Sequence record: OY723367.1
Reading direction: 5' to 3' (one strand)
Length of the DNA stretch: 8,965 nt
Under the pieces are notes generated by a model. That model made no database searches and was not told the DNA's origin. It saw only the letters and a list, made by a program, of their open reading frames with translations. This document shows, one piece after another, positions 6,417-8,965 of the stretch (position 1 is its first letter; each line of letters starts with the position of its first letter). Made by a program: the position numbers and the translations under genes.

Positions 6417-7027
6417 GAAATACATGTTTTAGGGGTCCCAAAACATGTGTTGCGAGTAGGTATCGGCACGGGATTAGCACATCTAGGGCATTATGGAACC
6501 TGAGGAGATCACCTCCACAGGGAATGTCCCTCCGTGCATCCTGGGCTACCGAGAGGCCTACATGCAGTACCCCATATCCTCTAAGAGACCATTATGGAGG
6601 GTATTGGACAGGGCCCGAAACCCCCAAAATGAGTGATTTGGGGTGCTCAAAACCATCGATTTTGGTGGTTTTGGCATGCAAAAAGGGTCGAAAACACCTC
6701 TTTTAGCCCCTTTTGCACATGGGAACACCACCCCATATACTAAGGGGGATCCTTCGAGGGATACAGAACCCCCGAAACCCCTTAAAGATGGTGTGTGAGT
6801 ACTCATGCATGTACCCTTTTAGCACCCTTTCTGACCCCCTTTCAGACCCCCTAAATGGTGCCATTCCTCGAAGGATGGCCCTTAAGGGGTGCCGGGAAGG
6901 GTACCTAAAGAGGTCCCAAAAGTGACCATTTTAGGGGGTCCCAAAACGTGTTGCAAAGGGGTACCCCTTTGGTCACCAAAAGTGATGATTTTGGGGACAC
7001 CAAATGGGTCGGAATGGGTACCTAATG
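6417..7027 (+). repeat. Copy-2-specific 611-bp segment replacing 60 bp of copy 1 (2585-2644)
   Basis: Alignment offset jumps from 3832 to 4383 (611 - 60 = 551). The segment is made of W-type units plus a truncated Y element. 'ccaaatgggtcg' occurs at both edges (6406-6417, 7000-7011). Confidence 0.75.
6499..6598 (+). repeat. Y-family element, copy Y4 (5'-truncated, diverged)
   Basis: 'cctgaggagatcacctccacagggaatgtccctccgtgcatcctgggctaccgagaggccta' matches Y2/Y5. It lacks the 5' arm 'acaggatatggcatacgggata', and its 3' part is diverged. Confidence 0.7.
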
Positions 7028-7157
7028 ACAGGATATGGCATACGGGATACCTGAGGAGATCATCTCCACAGGGAATGTCCCTCCGTGCATCCTGGGCTAC
7101 CGAGAGGCCTACGGGGAGTATCCCCATATCCTCTGAGAGCCATTATGACCATTACGA
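7028..7157 (+). repeat. Y-family element, copy Y5
   Basis: Counterpart of Y2. The upstream context 'ctaatgacagg' is the same as at the A/Y1 junction (1731-1741). Confidence 0.8.
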
Positions 7158-7266
7158 GCATCCCGGAGAGCATATCTGAGGACCTGAAATCCATGGTTTT
7201 GGGGTCTAAAATGATGATTTTAGAGGTCTCAAAATGATGGATTTGGGGTCTCAAATCATGAGATCC

Positions 7267-7293
7267 GGGGTCTGGGGATGCCATGGGTATGGG
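7267..7293 (+). other. G-quadruplex motif, counterpart of 2884-2910
   Basis: Identical 'ggggtctggggatgccatgggtatggg'. Confidence 0.6.
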
Positions 7294-7547
7294 ATCCAGG
7301 GATGCAGGGATCCGGAGACCATGAGGGCATGCAGACCATATGCACTACATACCATGGTGTGTGTAGTAGGGATACAGACCACTATGGATACCATCACCAT
7401 TAGATACATACTCTGAGACCATATGCTGTAGGGTATCGGATTAGGGGTCTGGGGATGTGCAGATCTGGAGACCATGAGCGGATCCGGAGACCATCAGATC
7501 ATGAGATATGGGGTCCGGGGATGCTCGCGATGTATCTGAGGACCTGT

Positions 7548-7595
7548 GCAGATAGGTATGCAGATAGGTATGCAGATAGGTATGCAGATAGGTAT
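7548..7595. repeat. 12-bp tandem repeat (GCAGATAGGTAT) x4
   Basis: Units at 7548-7559, 7560-7571, 7572-7583 and 7584-7595, against 2 units in copy 1. On the minus strand this reads as the 'YLHTYLHTYLHT' run in track ORF 7441-7758. Confidence 0.85.
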
Positions 7596-7998
7596 AGGCA
7601 TTAGGTACTAAGGACTCGCAGAGAGGTACTGAGGACATGCACAGAGGACATGGCACAGAGGATACGGGCATACAGACCATGCAGATAGGTACTAAGGACT
7701 CGCAGACCATAGGTATTAGGTATCTGAGGACACGGATGCCATGATCTGAGGACCCCAAGACCTCCAGAAATGGGGTATCTGAGGTATCCCGAGACCTCCC
7801 AAAATGGGTGTTTTGGACCCTAAATCACTCGTTTTGGGACCCTTTCTGGGTGCTCCCAGACCCCTCCCCAATGCCATCCCTAAGGTGCTCCTAAGGGATT
7901 CGGGCCCGTACCCCTCAGATAGGGTATCCCAGAGGGTGTCGGATTGGGGGTCTGGAGGTCCTCGGAACCCCTAAATTGTGTGCCCTTAGTGTATAGTA

Positions 7999-8017
7999 AC
8001 ACACGCGCGCGCGCGCG
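7999..8017. repeat. (AC)3(GC)n alternating purine-pyrimidine tract containing (CG)7, counterpart of 3577-3595
   Basis: Identical 'acacacgcgcgcgcgcgcg' at offset 4422. Confidence 0.9.
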
Positions 8018-8691
8018 AAGGGCGGATCCGAGTCAGGCAGAAAACGAATGCATCATTTTGGACCCTTTGGGGCATTTCGGGGGTCCTAATGTGCACATTT
8101 GCGACCCCAAAAGGCCCAAAAGTGCCTAAAATGGGTCATTTTATGCCCTTTTCGGATGCACACAATGGGAATGCCATCGCCGGAGACCATATTCCTTACA
8201 GTGACCTTAGGAATATGAGTACGCGAAATCGGGGCAATTATGCCATTTACGGGTACCCCTAAATGAGCACTTTTGGACCCCTTTTGGCACCCCTTGGATC
8301 CCTCAGTGTACTGGTGGCATGTGCATATCCCCTGATGCCTCTTTATCGAGGGAATGGGGATACCTGCATACCATACAGTATATGTGTTACTAGTGGGTAT
8401 CGGCACACCTCCCAAAACATGTCATTTCGTGACATGATCTAGTCGAGATGAGCGAATCCACTACTATTACATATCATGGTGTAATGAGCTATACAGAGTA
8501 CTATAGGTATTGGGGGTATCCCTAATGGCAGCATATGCCCCATTAGAGGTATGCACCATATCCCCTAGTATCCCTTACAGCACATACCATGAACAGGTAC
8601 TCATTAGTAGTACAGAATGTGTATGTCATGACACCAAAACACATGTTTCGAGACATCTAAACACATGGTTTGCACGTATGATCATATACAG

Positions 8692-8856
8692 TATCTAGTG
8701 ATATACAGGATACTAGTAGTATGCACGGAGGGTATGAGGGATGCAGGATACCCCTACATCATAGCCTAACAGCATACACTACGAGTACTATGTATACCAT
8801 GGATACTACATGCATACTACTACGAGTAGGTACTCATGAGCAGTATCATCATGTAA
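8692..8856 (+). repeat. Z-family element, copy Z3
   Basis: Counterpart of Z1 at offset 4421, with a few substitutions. Confidence 0.8.
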
Positions 8857-8965
8857 ACACATGATTTGATGACATGAATGTATACATCATGAGTAGGTAT
8901 ACACATCTAATACCAGTAGTACTACACCATACACACCATTAGTACCATGTATCCTATGGTATACA
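8857..8965 (+). repeat. A-family monomer, 3' part, ending the window exactly at the monomer boundary
   Basis: 'acacatgatttgatgacatgaatg...gtaggtatacacatctaataccagtagtac...accatgtatcctatggtataca'. Counterpart of 4436-4544. Confidence 0.75.

Larger units (their letters stand above)
7028..8321 (+). repeat. GC-richer W domain of HOR copy 2, counterpart of 2645-3900
   Basis: Collinear with copy 1. Offset steps through 4383, 4384, 4408, 4421, 4422 and 4421 at the small indels and copy-number changes listed in the findings. Confidence 0.7.
4545..8965. repeat. Higher-order repeat (HOR) unit, copy 2 (~4.4 kb)
   Basis: Starts with the same 'gtacatggggagtacgggtacc' monomer head as position 1 and ends with 'cctatggtataca', the canonical monomer tail. 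Same element order as copy 1 apart from the block differences listed separately. Confidence 0.85.

Noticed and set aside
6495-6516. 'ggaacctgaggagatcacctcc' resembles the 3' end of small-subunit rRNA (bacterial '...GGAACCTGCGGTTGGATCACCTCCTT', containing the anti-Shine-Dalgarno sequence)
   Set aside because: Only about 20 nt are similar, with gaps. No upstream 16S/18S helix-44/45 sequence is present. The other Y copies read 'gggatacctgaggaga.cacctcc', so the 'ggaacctg' part is a one-off. This is chance resemblance inside a repeat.
6417-7027. The copy-2-specific 611-bp block as a transposon or IS insertion
   Set aside because: It has no terminal inverted repeats, no transposase-like ORF and no clean target-site duplication. 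The flanking 12-mer is part of the repeat itself. The content is the same W and Y material as the rest of the array, so recombination or unequal exchange is the simpler explanation.
7548-7595. A tandem 'YLHT' peptide repeat as a repeat-protein domain
   Set aside because: It is the minus-strand translation of a 12-bp DNA microsatellite whose copy number differs (2 vs 4) between otherwise near-identical units. The flanking frame is not conserved.
1-8965. The ~30 short ORFs (60-132 aa) in the six-frame track as protein-coding genes
   Set aside because: All lie within repeats, and many overlap each other in different frames and on both strands. Their peptides are low-complexity translations of repeat units. 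Duplicated ORFs lose frame between HOR copies through 1-bp indels. No consistent start context is evident, and no recognisable protein family motif.
1-8965. A CRISPR array, given the many direct repeats
   Set aside because: The repeats are 130-230 bp, or degenerate 21-24-mers, with no unique spacers of regular length. The 'spacers' are themselves repeated. No cas-like ORFs and no leader are present.
1-8965. Bacterial-type promoters (TATAAT-like words), Shine-Dalgarno sites (GGAGG/AGGAG words) and rho-independent terminators
   Set aside because: TATA-, GGAG- and hairpin-like words are abundant simply because of the repeat vocabulary. None is positioned relative to a credible gene, so calling them would be unsupported.
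1-8965. tRNA or other canonical structured RNA genes
   Set aside because: Reading both strands, I saw no cloverleaf-compatible segment with conserved T-loop (GTTCGAATC-type) or D-loop elements, and no rRNA-like blocks. tRNAscan-SE or Infernal would be the definitive check.

Overview
I found no credible protein-coding gene, tRNA, rRNA, CRISPR array or recognisable mobile element. The whole 8,965-bp window is a composite satellite with all named repeat families in direct orientation. It consists of two tandem copies (1-4544 and 4545-8965) of a ~4.4-4.5 kb higher-order repeat (HOR). Each unit alternates between two domains. The first is AT-richer and built from ~230-bp 'A' monomers plus related ~218-bp 'X' and ~165-bp 'Z' elements; it is full of GTAC/CATG/ACTAGT/TGCATGCA words and a recurrent 17-nt box, AAACACATGATTTGATG. 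The second is GC-richer and built from degenerate 21-24-bp 'TTTTGG(R)CCC-TAAAATG' units, ~130-bp 'Y' elements and short direct repeats; it also carries a (CA)3(CG)7 tract and a G-quadruplex motif. By hand alignment, elements at matching positions in the two HOR units are ~97-100% identical, while paralogues within one unit are only ~85-95% identical. The units differ by block rearrangements: ~920 bp of copy 1 (141-1062) stands in place of ~210 bp of copy 2 (4684-4894), and 611 bp of copy 2 replaces 60 bp of copy 1. They also differ by 12-mer and 13-mer copy-number changes and by 1-bp indels. The last base of the window reads in phase into the first base, so the array either continues beyond the window or the molecule/contig is circular. 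All track ORFs are 132 aa or shorter, lie inside repeats, overlap in several frames on both strands, and are frameshifted between copies, so I call none as CDS. I cannot assign a taxon. The architecture is typical of eukaryotic satellite DNA (centromeric, pericentromeric or subtelomeric) and would be very atypical for a bacterial, archaeal or phage genome. I did not find a discrete gene-encoded 'system'; the noteworthy content is the repeat architecture itself. All coordinates and identities come from manual alignment; element boundaries are good to about +/-10 bp.
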